This document shows, in pieces, positions 37,033 to 46,305 of a stretch of DNA of 64,000 bases. The notes beneath the pieces are model-generated. The model was not told where the DNA came from and ran no database searches. It was given only the letters and a program-made list of their open reading frames with translations. Origin of the DNA: an uncultured Candidatus Bathyarchaeia archaeon. GTDB lineage: Archaea > Thermoproteota > Bathyarchaeia > 40CM-2-53-6. The stretch covers positions 4,042 through 68,041 of the forward strand of contig CAZRNA010000001.1 of NCBI GenBank assembly GCA_964601325.1, written 5' to 3'. How positions within the stretch are numbered: the first letter of the stretch is position 1; each line of letters begins with the position of its first letter. The position numbers and the translations under genes are program-made.

Positions 37033-38289
37033 GTGATCTTGACTCGGCGAGTATTGGTTCTCTCGATCATGCTGATCACCGTGATGGCCATGCCTTTTGT
37101 TAGCAGCATCGGAGCGGTCTCTGAACCAAACGTTGTTGTTACGTCGGTGTATTGGGGAACCAACCCGCTAGGGGGCATCTCTGTGCATCCGGGTGACACG
37201 AACATACCCCTGTCGATTGATCTGTCCAACGCCGGAGATGCAGCAGCCCGCGATGTCAGTGCTACGCTTGTGTTGGCGTCTCCGTTCAGCTACGCCTACA
37301 ACGTTAACGGAAGCGAAGTGAACGCTGGAACAGTTGACCAGAGCGCCGGCGATATTCAAGCAGGCTACTCCTTCACTTTGCGGTATGCTTTGACAGTTGC
37401 TTCGGATGCGATTGCGGGGATTCACAGGCTCACGCTCATAGTTGATTACAAGACTGCCAGGGAACTGCTGCCCGTGGAGAAGACCCTCTCCGTGGACGTG
37501 CCCGTGTGGACGGGTGATGTTCGCGTTCAAAACGTCGTGACCGTACCCGCGAAAGTCTACCCAGGCGACAATCAAATCACCGTGAAGGCGTGGCTCGTGA
37601 ACTCGGGGACTGGATCAACGGCCGACTTTCAAGTGCGCCTCGTTCTGCAGGACCCGTTCCAAGCGTCCTCCGGAGGGTCGGACACGTTCTTTCTCGGAAC
37701 GATGCAGCCAGGACAGGTCAGCGAAGCAGACTTCTACGTTGACATCAGCAAATCGGCCCAGTTCGGAAGCTACAACCTCAAACTCGTCACCGTCTCAGCT
37801 GGATCCAGCGGACAGGTGGAGATTGGACAGATCCCGATCTACGTGAGCGAGAAAGTAGTATTCGAAGTCGTTCAGTTGGAGCCTAAGGTTGTTCACGCCG
37901 GCGACTCTGGCGTCAGCATACAAGTAACTATCAAGAACACTGGAACCGTCGCTGCAGATTCAGTTAGGGCACAGCTGATGGTCGGCAACTACTTCTCAGG
38001 AACGCTCACCGACTTCCTCGGGACGATGCAACCAGGCGAATCAAAGACCGCATACCTGACAGTTGACGTAGACTCAAAGGCCACCTCTCAAGTATACAAG
38101 ATGGATTTGCGCCTTGACTGGACCCAATCAGACAACAGCCTCGACAACACTCTCCCAGTGGAACTGCAGGTAGCCTCTGCTGAACTTCCACTGCCATTGA
38201 TTGCAGTGGCCGTCGTGTTGCTCGTGCTTGTAGCTGCAGTTCTCGTTCGCAGAAGAAGAAAGGCTCAAGAACAGAAGCTCAAGACTTGA
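37033..38289 (+). CDS. Cell-surface (S-layer-like, COG1361/CARDB-like) protein with signal peptide and C-terminal TM anchor
   Basis: A signal peptide is followed by repeated beta-rich segments ('DFQVRLVLQDPF', 'DFLGTMQPGE...AYLTVDV'). The C-terminus 'LPLIAVAVVLLVLVAAVLVRRRRK' is a TM anchor. The gene is adjacent to the ABC-2 operon. Confidence 0.5.
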   Translation: MILTRRVLVLSIMLITVMAMPFVSSIGAVSEPNVVVTSVYWGTNPLGGISVHPGDTNIPLSIDLSNAGDAAARDVSATLVLASPFSYAYNVNGSEVNAGTVDQSAGDIQAGYSFTLRYALTVASDAIAGIHRLTLIVDYKTARELLPVEKTLSVDVPVWTGDVRVQNVVTVPAKVYPGDNQITVKAWLVNSGTGSTADFQVRLVLQDPFQASSGGSDTFFLGTMQPGQVSEADFYVDISKSAQFGSYNLKLVTVSAGSSGQVEIGQIPIYVSEKVVFEVVQLEPKVVHAGDSGVSIQVTIKNTGTVAADSVRAQLMVGNYFSGTLTDFLGTMQPGESKTAYLTVDVDSKATSQVYKMDLRLDWTQSDNSLDNTLPVELQVASAELPLPLIAVAVVLLVLVAAVLVRRRRKAQEQKLKT

Positions 38290-38312
38290 TGCCGCCTATC
38301 ACGAACCCCAAG

Positions 38313-38873
38313 TCAACTCGATAGCGGCCGTGAGGCCCACTTCTTTTCCTCAACGCCCGCGCGTTTGTCCACGACTCTGGCCAATACAAACAGCAGGGAG
38401 GATAGGCGATTCAAGTACGGAACAAGCGGAGGATCCAGTTTCTCTTCTTGCGCGAGCGTAATAGTTCTGCGTTCTGCGCGCCTGGCGATGGTCCTAGCCA
38501 CATGTAATGCGGCGGCAGGGCCGGTTCCATTCGGAATTATGAAGGCCGACAGTGGCGACAGTTCGGCGTCGAGTCTGTCGATCTCTTGCTCAAGATGCTT
38601 AACCATATCTTGAGTGACCTGTGCCTTCTGTGCACGGGACTTCTTCTGACGCGTGGCGAGTCCTGCGCCGACGAGAAAGAGGTCTTGCTGAACCCCCTCC
38701 AGTATAGTGTCGATCTCATCGTCTTCAATCAGTGATCGCGTGTATCCTATCCAGCATGACAACTCATCCACGGTGCCGTACGCCTCAACCCTGAGGGAAT
38801 CCTTCGCAACCCTCTCGCCTGAGAAGAGACCAGTCTCTCCGCCATCTCCGGTCCGCGTGTACATTCTCGGCAT
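38313..38873 (-). CDS. ATP:cob(I)alamin adenosyltransferase, PduO/MMAB type
   Basis: 'MYTRTGDGGETGLFSGERVAKDSLRVEAYGTVDEL' is the canonical PduO-type N-terminus. 186 aa. Confidence 0.75.
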   Translation of the reverse strand: MPRMYTRTGDGGETGLFSGERVAKDSLRVEAYGTVDELSCWIGYTRSLIEDDEIDTILEGVQQDLFLVGAGLATRQKKSRAQKAQVTQDMVKHLEQEIDRLDAELSPLSAFIIPNGTGPAAALHVARTIARRAERRTITLAQEEKLDPPLVPYLNRLSSLLFVLARVVDKRAGVEEKKWASRPLSS

Positions 38874-39097
38874 TGATATCTACACGGAGAAAGTCACGTG
38901 ACTACCAATTCAGAGTTTTGATTCAAACCCCCCAGGAACAGGATACGGGACCACGCAAGGTGGACTCACCCATTCGCCCACGCCCTGCGCCCGTGGTCGC
39001 GCTTCAAGTGAAATGATTAAGAGCACTTTCTCCTCCTAGAACGTTCCGAGCGGTGGCATTCGTAGGCAGCTCACGCCACGGATCCTGCCACGTGGGA

Positions 39098-39922
39098 ATG
39101 AACATGGAATCACCAGATCACAGCATTTACTTGGGTGGCCGGCCGCTTCGAAGGCTGGGTCAGAACTTCCTTGTTGACAGGACGACGCGAGATCTGATGG
39201 TGAGCTCATCCGATCTGCAACCATCGGACGTTGTCCTTGAGGTGGGGCCCGGGAAAGGGTTTCTGACTGAGGCGCTCCTTGCCCACGCAGGAAAGGTTAT
39301 CGCTGTTGAGAAGGACCCAAGACTCGTGACCATTCTCAGACACAAGTATGGACGAGATCGAAGGCTACGTATCATCGAGGGCGACATACTGAAAGTGAAG
39401 ATTCCTCGCTTCAACAAAGTCGTTTGTACTCCTCCCTACTACATTTCTTCCCGACTAGTTCTCCTCATAGTTTCCAAGAGGTTTCGTTGCGCGGTTCTGA
39501 CTCTTCAGAGGGAGTTTGCTGAACGACTGGCGGCGAAGCCGGGCTCGCCAGACTATGGGAGGATTAGCGTCATGGTGCAGCACAGGTCTTCAGTAGAGCT
39601 GGTTGGAGTGATTCGAAGGGATTCGTTCAGGCCCGTACCGAAGGTGGATTCCGCCGTCGTCGTGATCCGAAGGAAAGGGTCCGAAGTGCCGGTTAGGAGC
39701 GAGCGACTTTTTGTGGATGTGGTTCGGTTCATGTTCACCCAAAGAAGAAAGAGAGCCAAGAAGGTTCTCCGTCAATACCTTGAGACGTCCCTCGGGCACA
39801 TGGATCTGACGAATCAAGCGTCTTCATCCCTACGAGACGTGCGGGTGTTTCAATTGAGCGTTAGTGATTTCGAGCATCTGTCAAACGAGATCTCGATGAT
39901 GGAGCGTGAACGCCGTGAATGA
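39098..39922 (+). CDS. ksgA: 16S/18S rRNA (adenine-N6,N6)-dimethyltransferase KsgA/Dim1
   Basis: 'LGQNFLVD', 'VLEVGPGKGFLT' (motif I) and 'VCTPPYYISS' (NPPY-like motif IV). Confidence 0.8.
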   Translation: MNMESPDHSIYLGGRPLRRLGQNFLVDRTTRDLMVSSSDLQPSDVVLEVGPGKGFLTEALLAHAGKVIAVEKDPRLVTILRHKYGRDRRLRIIEGDILKVKIPRFNKVVCTPPYYISSRLVLLIVSKRFRCAVLTLQREFAERLAAKPGSPDYGRISVMVQHRSSVELVGVIRRDSFRPVPKVDSAVVVIRRKGSEVPVRSERLFVDVVRFMFTQRRKRAKKVLRQYLETSLGHMDLTNQASSSLRDVRVFQLSVSDFEHLSNEISMMERERRE

Positions 39923-40688
39923 TCCGGCGCCTATGAAGGGAAGACTCTCCTGTGTAGGAAAGCTTGGTGCACGTTTTCGCGTCGTGCTTGTGCAGCCCGA
40001 GAAGGAGGGAAACATCGGCTCTGTTGCTCGGTCAATGAGAAACTTTGGCCTAACAGATCTCTGTCTTGTCTCGCCGAAGGTATCTCTTGGAGACGAGGCC
40101 TATCGATATGCCACAAAAGGCAAGGAGATTCTCAAGAAAGCCCGAAAAGTGAAGACGCTCCCCGACGCTTTGAGAGGAATCGACCGCGTCGTCGGCACAA
40201 CCGCAATTGTGGGCACGAGCAGTCGGAACATACTCAGACTAGTTATCGATCCATCACAACTCGCATCACGTCTAGCAGAGACATCAGGTTCTGTCGCGCT
40301 ACTTTTCGGGAGAGAAAGCACGGGGCTCAGCAACCGAGAGCTGCAGCAGTGCGACATAATCGTCAGCATTCCGGGAAGCGAGGACTACAATGTGCTCAAT
40401 GTCGCGACAGCAGCATCAATCATATTCTACGAACTCTTCAAGGTTAGGCAAATGCATCCATCTTCGCTCGAACCCTCGCAATTATCGATGGATCGTCTAG
40501 TATCCATCTTCAACCAGCTTGCGGACATTGCAGACCTTCCACCGCACAGGAAACGCTTAGCGAATCGAGCCTTCAGGAACATTCTCGCAAGATCGATCAT
40601 CTCAAGAAGAGAACTATCATTGATCATGGGGGTGCTGAGAAAAGCCAAAGACAAGACACATCCCGTCCCCAGCCCACTGGGTGGGTAG
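39906..40688 (+). CDS. SpoU/TrmH-family RNA 2'-O-methyltransferase (SPOUT)
   Basis: 'FRVVLVQPEKEGNIGSVARSMRNFGL', 'ALLFGRESTGLS' and 'SIPGSEDYNVLNVATAASIIFYE' are the SPOUT trefoil-knot motifs. Confidence 0.7.
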   Translation: MNAVNDPAPMKGRLSCVGKLGARFRVVLVQPEKEGNIGSVARSMRNFGLTDLCLVSPKVSLGDEAYRYATKGKEILKKARKVKTLPDALRGIDRVVGTTAIVGTSSRNILRLVIDPSQLASRLAETSGSVALLFGRESTGLSNRELQQCDIIVSIPGSEDYNVLNVATAASIIFYELFKVRQMHPSSLEPSQLSMDRLVSIFNQLADIADLPPHRKRLANRAFRNILARSIISRRELSLIMGVLRKAKDKTHPVPSPLGG

Positions 40689-40702
40689 CATGAAACTGGA
40701 TC

Positions 40703-41602
40703 TCAACCAGTCGTGGGCGCTCGGCTCAGCAACATGACCCCGACCAGAATCAAAGAACCGCCTGCGGCGACGTTGATATCCACGCTCTCGCCGAGAATGA
40801 CCCATCCCAGGATCACAGCGACGATCGGGGTGATGAATGTGAAAAGCGAGATCCGTGTAACCTGCATGCGAGTGAAGAGCCAGTAGAGAGCGACAAAGGC
40901 AAAAGTCGACCCTAGCACGGCAAGATACAGGATCGCGAATACTGATGTGTAGTCAAAGTTCAAGGGCTCTCCGTGTTCAAGAAGGAGCCCGGCTGCGACT
41001 AGGAGAATGGCGCCAACACCCATCTGAACAACGACATTGACTGTGGAGTTGATGGCCTGAGAGTACTTCTTGCCGACCACGTTCGCGCATCCAGCAATTC
41101 CAGCACTTGCGACCACCGCAACGCCGCCCCAGAAGGAATTGACCGTGAACATCAACTCTCTAGAGAAGATGACTGCGACCCCGACAAAACACAGCAACAT
41201 GGCCGAGACCTTCCTAGCGGTCACGCGCTCGCCAGGTATCATGAAATGAGCGAAGACGACCACGAAGAAAGGCAGCGTAGCAAAGAGCAGGGAGGTTAGG
41301 CCTGCTGTCATGTATTGTTCTCCCCAGAACGCAAGAGCATATGGCACGGCGATCTGGGATAGGCTGAGAAATAGCATGACTCGCCAACTGTTCGCGTCTC
41401 TCGGAAACTTGGTCCTCCTTACAATCGCGTAACTAGCGAGCAAAACGGAAGCTATGACAAATCGAATCCCTGCGAACGTGATGGGCGGGAGAGAACCCAA
41501 TCCCACCTTTATCGCGAGCCATGTCGACCCCCAGACGAAGCAGAGGAATGCGAAGACCAATCCAGGCAGAGGGCCTCCATTCGTCCGGTGTCCCATGGTC
41601 AA
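40703..41602 (-). CDS. EamA/DMT-family transporter
   Basis: 299 aa with ten TM helices in two repeated halves, typical of EamA. Confidence 0.65.
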   Translation of the reverse strand: MTMGHRTNGGPLPGLVFAFLCFVWGSTWLAIKVGLGSLPPITFAGIRFVIASVLLASYAIVRRTKFPRDANSWRVMLFLSLSQIAVPYALAFWGEQYMTAGLTSLLFATLPFFVVVFAHFMIPGERVTARKVSAMLLCFVGVAVIFSRELMFTVNSFWGGVAVVASAGIAGCANVVGKKYSQAINSTVNVVVQMGVGAILLVAAGLLLEHGEPLNFDYTSVFAILYLAVLGSTFAFVALYWLFTRMQVTRISLFTFITPIVAVILGWVILGESVDINVAAGGSLILVGVMLLSRAPTTG

Positions 41603-41698
41603 CTCCTGTATTCCGGTGATAGTCTACGTTACATCTTACAACTAGAAATAGTATCGCCAACCTTTCAGTGAGACGACAATAGACGGACGAGAAAGACG

Positions 41699-42904
41699 AT
41701 GGATTCCACAGCAAGGCGCGGCCGCTCCAGCGCGGAGAGCCAAATAATCCTCTTGATTGCAGTGAACGCGCTATTCGGTTTCGCGGTTGGATTCAGCTCG
41801 CCCTCGGTTGCCCCGCTCATAGTCGCTCTTGGAGTGAGCATATCCTTCGTGGGCCAAGCACAGACTGTCGGTGGCTTGGCGACGACGTTTCTACGTCTCC
41901 CAATAGGTGTCGCAATGGACAGAATTGGAAGAAAACCCTTCCTCATTCTTGGCGGCTTGGTGACGCTCCTCGGATTCGTCTCATACTCGTACGCCACGTT
42001 CTGGCTCCTGCTGGGTTCAGGAATAGTGCTTGTCGCGCTTGACTACACAATTCGAGGAACTGCTTCTTCGGCGTCGTTGGGCGACGCCGCAAAGGCTGGA
42101 AGAATCGGCCGAGTATTCAGCCTCGACCTAGGCGTGACAGAATCCGCCGCCACTATCGCCCCGATCTTGGGCGGGTATGTCGCGACCGTGATGGCGGTCC
42201 CATCGCGTTTCATGTTCGCAACATCAGCAGTCATGGTCCTAATCGCGATCGCCGTAGTCTCAATCTCCTACAAACCCGCACCAGTGCAACAGGCACGAAC
42301 GAGAACTGTTGATTCATGGAGGGAGTATGTTCGTGTAGATAAGCGCATTTTGCCCTTGGTAATTGTAGTAGCGCTTGACGCGGCTGCGTGGAGAATCTCG
42401 TTCCCATTCTGGGCGCTCTACATCTTCAAAGAGATGAACGCGACTCAGGAGCAGCTTGGAATCGCCCTAGCCATTTCTGCAGGGATCCCCGCGCTGACCG
42501 GACTGACGCTGGGGAAGAAGCTTGACAAGGCGGGCAGAAAGCCATTCCTGGCCCTGAGCGAATGGAGCTCTATCGGAGCGTTCTTACCACTGTTGCTGAG
42601 TTCGCGACCTGAGTTCGCGTACATCTCCGCAGTCTTTTGGGGTCTTGTCTACAGTCTCTACGTGCCCGCCCTCAACGCCTACGTGGTGGATCATTTTGGG
42701 AGCGAGAGATTCGGGCAGACCTTGGGAACCCTGAGCCTCGTAGCCGGCCTCGCCTCCATAGCCTCGCCCGCGCTGGGAGGCTGGATGTGGGACAACATAT
42801 CTCCGAAATCGCCGTTCATCCTCACGCTAGTGCTGGCCAACATTATCGGCGTGATAATCTGGTTCAAGATCGTAGAAAAGAAAGATGATGCGGCTAGGCT
42901 TTGA
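41699..42904 (+). CDS. Major facilitator superfamily transporter
   Basis: 401 aa with 12 TM helices. 'MDRIGRKP' and 'KKLDKAGRKP' are the MFS D-R/K-x-G-R-R/K loop motifs between TM2-3 and TM8-9. Confidence 0.7.
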   Translation: MDSTARRGRSSAESQIILLIAVNALFGFAVGFSSPSVAPLIVALGVSISFVGQAQTVGGLATTFLRLPIGVAMDRIGRKPFLILGGLVTLLGFVSYSYATFWLLLGSGIVLVALDYTIRGTASSASLGDAAKAGRIGRVFSLDLGVTESAATIAPILGGYVATVMAVPSRFMFATSAVMVLIAIAVVSISYKPAPVQQARTRTVDSWREYVRVDKRILPLVIVVALDAAAWRISFPFWALYIFKEMNATQEQLGIALAISAGIPALTGLTLGKKLDKAGRKPFLALSEWSSIGAFLPLLLSSRPEFAYISAVFWGLVYSLYVPALNAYVVDHFGSERFGQTLGTLSLVAGLASIASPALGGWMWDNISPKSPFILTLVLANIIGVIIWFKIVEKKDDAARL

Positions 42905-42989
42905 CTGACAACATGACTACATGATCCCCGCGGGATGAGGCAGTCCAGCCCTCGTCATTAGCGCCGTATGCGGCTAGGATATTGGACTG

Positions 42990-43658
42990 ATGGAGCCTCA
43001 GGGTTATATTCTACGGCAAGCCCAACATCTAGACGGGACGCTCTTGAAGAGGCAGGACGCGATCAGAGCCATCGTTATCGTCTGCGTGACCCTCGCAGCA
43101 CTCGGGATTCTTGTTCCGGCCATGGCACCGGCAATTACCCCAATGCAGGGACCCGTGACAACCACGGTCACGACGACATATTCTTCTGGTACCACGACGG
43201 CGCAAGTCGTTCTCACATTCATTTTCTCGAACATAACGACGGGTATGACGTATACGTCGTACACAGGCACAACTACGAGCACTGTGCCAACTGTCACGAC
43301 CTACCCCGTGACTGTGACTGTTTCCACGACATCTTGGACTGCAGTGTCAACTCGCACTTGGAAATCGACACTAGGGACGAAGACTGTCCCGTCCACGTCC
43401 ACAACCTTGACGACGGAAACCGTGACCACAACTGGTCAAACGATAGCGACTACGGCGAACCAAACCATAACTTCGACATATTACACGACGACGAGCAACA
43501 TCTCGACGAGCGTGCTTACTGTGACGGGAGCGCCGACGCCTACTCCTCCGCCTATACCCGGTTTTCCCTTGGAATCGATTCTAGCTGGACTTGGATTAGG
43601 CTTGCTGGGCGTGCATCTGGTCTACCGAAATCGCCGAGCAGGGAGGGGACACTCTTGA
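42990..43658 (+). CDS. Thr-rich secreted surface protein with signal peptide and PGF-CTERM archaeosortase sorting signal, tandem copy 1
   Basis: The signal/TM segment 'AIVIVCVTLAALGILVPAMAPA' is followed by more than 120 aa of T/S/V-rich low complexity. C-terminus 'PPPIPGFPLESILAGLGLGLLGVHLVYRNRRAGR'. Confidence 0.55.
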   Translation: MEPQGYILRQAQHLDGTLLKRQDAIRAIVIVCVTLAALGILVPAMAPAITPMQGPVTTTVTTTYSSGTTTAQVVLTFIFSNITTGMTYTSYTGTTTSTVPTVTTYPVTVTVSTTSWTAVSTRTWKSTLGTKTVPSTSTTLTTETVTTTGQTIATTANQTITSTYYTTTSNISTSVLTVTGAPTPTPPPIPGFPLESILAGLGLGLLGVHLVYRNRRAGRGHS

Positions 43659-44272
43659 AGAGACGGGACGCGATCAGAGCCCTCGTTATCGTCTGCGTGA
43701 CCCTCGCAGCACTCGGGATTCTTGTTCCGGCCATGGCACCTGCAATGACCCCCATGCAGGGAGTCGTGACAACCACAGTCACGACGAGCTATAATACGGG
43801 ATACGGTTGGTGGAATTTCACTTTCACATTCATTTTCCACAACAGCACAACATCCACGATATCTACCGCGACGACTACCTCAGGTACGTCCTGGCGCTCA
43901 AGTATCACGTATTACACTACGACCATGGTTTCTCCATCAACCTCTTGGACTACATCCACCACATACAAAACGACCACCACCAGTGGGACCACGATTGTCC
44001 CTTCGACATCCACGACTCGGATAACAACAGGCGCGATTACGACCAATCGAACGATATCGACAACTGTGAGCCAAACGATAACCTCAACATTTCACACGAC
44101 CACAAGCCTAACCACAACGAGTACCTATTCCGTAACCGCGACTACGCCGCCTACTCCCCCACCTATTCCTGGCTTCCCGTTGGAATCGATCTTAGCGGGA
44201 CTCGCGTTAGGCCTACTGGGCGTGCATCTCATCTATCGAAATAGGCGAGCAAACAGGAAACGCTCATCATAA
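43656..44272 (+). CDS. Thr-rich PGF-CTERM surface protein, tandem copy 2 (TTG start after a GGAGGGG SD)
   Basis: The signal-peptide DNA and PGF-CTERM DNA are nearly identical to copy 1, and the middle is diverged and Thr-rich. The annotated 434-aa ORF 42968..44272 reads copy 1 in the wrong frame. Confidence 0.5.
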
Positions 44273-44356
44273 CCGACTTCCAGACCGGGGTCGCCGCGGC
44301 ACCCAAGGACGCTGCACTCCTATACAGCACAGTGTGCGTGGATCATACGAACACAT

Positions 44357-44956
44357 CTACTGGGCGATTTGTTGATAGCACCTGACCGACGGGAACTCCT
44401 CAAGTAGATTGTTCAGCTGACCTCGGAAGAGTGAAGTCGGCTGGGTCGTGAGAAGCAAGAGGAATCTCCCCTTGGCCGGGACCTCATTCTTCTCGTCGCT
44501 CAGTTTCAGCAGATCGTTCCGAATTCGAACCGCCCAGTTCTCTGGAACGACCGGGATGTATTCTATCTCGACTGCGAAGGAGAGCCGCTGTGTGACGTTG
44601 TTCCAAGTGGTGGGAATTGAGGCTGCCCATCCCGCCAATGCGAAATGATCGTTCCTTCCTGTTAGAGACGGTGTCAGCGAGCCGTCCTCGCGCTGCTCAT
44701 ATCTGTTCTTTGTAGGGAAACTGAGAAAAACGTTGCCAAGCGACCCTTTCTTGAAGAGTCTCCCTTTCAGGAGTTGTACCTTCAAGTGGCATCGGATGTC
44801 ATCAGTTGACCAAAAGGACCTTGGGCTTTCCCTGAACTTCCTCATCGTCTTGATTATGGATTTCTCGATAAGCGCAAGTTCCTTCGCGTCTGTCGCTGGC
44901 TTGCTGTTCAACGTTCGGCCACGTCCACGTGCGCGCTCCCACGATCTTGGTTTCAA
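44357..44956 (-). CDS. Hypothetical protein downstream of Clp1
   Basis: 199 aa, basic N-terminus, no motif recognised. Confidence 0.3.
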   Translation of the reverse strand: MKPRSWERARGRGRTLNSKPATDAKELALIEKSIIKTMRKFRESPRSFWSTDDIRCHLKVQLLKGRLFKKGSLGNVFLSFPTKNRYEQREDGSLTPSLTGRNDHFALAGWAASIPTTWNNVTQRLSFAVEIEYIPVVPENWAVRIRNDLLKLSDEKNEVPAKGRFLLLLTTQPTSLFRGQLNNLLEEFPSVRCYQQIAQ

Positions 44957-44984
44957 CTAATATGTACGGCTTGCTTTCGCACCG

Positions 44985-46157
44985 TTATCGTTGTCCCAAG
45001 TAGCCCAATTCGCGGCCGTCACTGTTCAGTTTGACATCTCCAACCTCGATCTTGGCAGGGAGACTCGGGATTCTGGACCATATCTTGACCATTCTGGTAG
45101 AGGGAATGATGTCCTTGAGAATGCCAATCTCCTGCAGCAAATCATCCGCGTCCAAGAGACCGATGACCGTATCCTTCAGGTTCTCGACCCACGATCGTGA
45201 GGCGCGATCTAGACTCAGATCTCCCATCGTTGTATAGTGACGCAGCCGAGTTCCGCTCATGCTGAAGGTTCTGAGGGAAGCTCCTGCAAGGTACTTCTGG
45301 TAACCCAGTGATCTGAGCTCTCTACGATCGACGCGGCTTCTCTCCTTGATCGTGTCGGGGGAGCCTACAAGCAGCGTCGTGCGGTTTCCCGCTTGAAGAA
45401 TAGGAGAGAGGTCACTGCCTCCAATTCCTAACGTGATGTCTGGTTGGAGTTCGTCGATCATCTGGAGCTTGTAGAGAACCGCTTCGTTTCCGGAGACCCA
45501 GCCATCGGTGTTCACGAGCGCTATCTTCCCAGGTGTGGTGTGGTAGCCGACGAGTCTCTTGGTGCTACGGATCACCTTGTCTTTGGCACGCCCGGGGCTA
45601 GTGAGACCGATGAATAGACGCTCAGACGGCATGATCTGTGAGAGGCTTGTCACCCTCGCCTTGACCTCTCCTGCAGCCATCGTTGTTGGCGGGCCAAGGT
45701 CAGTCTGACCTATGTCCGCGTCGACAACTGCGACCTTTCTGTTTTCGGCAAGTAGATAGTTTGAGAGGAAAGTGCATAGGGTTGTCTTTCCTGTGTCCGC
45801 TCCACCCACCACGACCGCTACGCCTTCTCCGAGTTCAACGAGGGCTGAGCCGGCTTCACGCCAGGAGAGCGGAATCGTGCTTCCGTCGAGCACCTCCACG
45901 CCAGCGTCCTCGCCCAGACTGACTCTGAATGACGAGAGAGAATGAATCTCGACCGGGGTCTGTTTTCCACGCGGTACGATGTTCCTAGCGGAGTCTAATG
46001 GAGCGCCTAGTACGCTTGCTTCGCCCTCAGTCAGCTCGAATGAGGCCGGACCCGCTATCACGACCGTCTTCCCAGCGTCGGCGCGGATCGTCCTCCCGGC
46101 TCCGACCATAGAGAGCGGCGCCATCGTGGATAACGAGAGAAGATCACCAGCTATCAC
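44985..46157 (-). CDS. Clp1/Grc3-family polynucleotide 5'-hydroxyl kinase
   Basis: P-loop 'VVVGGADTGKTTLC' and 'VAVVDADIGQTDL' form the Clp1 Walker A/B pair. The three-domain length of about 390 aa is typical of archaeal Clp1. Confidence 0.6.
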   Translation of the reverse strand: MIAGDLLSLSTMAPLSMVGAGRTIRADAGKTVVIAGPASFELTEGEASVLGAPLDSARNIVPRGKQTPVEIHSLSSFRVSLGEDAGVEVLDGSTIPLSWREAGSALVELGEGVAVVVGGADTGKTTLCTFLSNYLLAENRKVAVVDADIGQTDLGPPTTMAAGEVKARVTSLSQIMPSERLFIGLTSPGRAKDKVIRSTKRLVGYHTTPGKIALVNTDGWVSGNEAVLYKLQMIDELQPDITLGIGGSDLSPILQAGNRTTLLVGSPDTIKERSRVDRRELRSLGYQKYLAGASLRTFSMSGTRLRHYTTMGDLSLDRASRSWVENLKDTVIGLLDADDLLQEIGILKDIIPSTRMVKIWSRIPSLPAKIEVGDVKLNSDGRELGYLGQR

Positions 46158-46305
46158 TCGTTAAGCTTTCCATTGGCTAGAGGCGAGTCGCTTAGAATCG
46201 TCCTGAGATGCCTGAGAGAACTGGCGAGTTGCCAGCGAATGATTCTATATATCCAGGCGAGATACAGAACAACGAGAGCAACCGACAGGGACAGGCGAGA
46301 TCTGA

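Larger units (their letters stand above)
42990..44272 (+). repeat. Tandem direct duplication of about 640 bp (two gene copies) with near-identical ends
   Basis: About 140 nt at each 5' end and about 100 nt at each 3' end are more than 90% identical between copies. Confidence 0.6.

Noticed and set aside
38910-38935. 'GGTTTGAATC'-like stretch on the minus strand as a possible tRNA T-arm
   Set aside because: C56 of the T-loop is replaced (TTTGAAT). No acceptor or anticodon stem could be built around it.
43807-44244. 145-aa His/Asp-rich ORF ('HFHIHFPQQHNIHDIY...') suggestive of a metal-binding protein
   Set aside because: It is the +1 reading of the ACN-rich Thr codon run of the PGF-CTERM gene copy 2. 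It has no start context and its composition is an artefact of the codon repeat.
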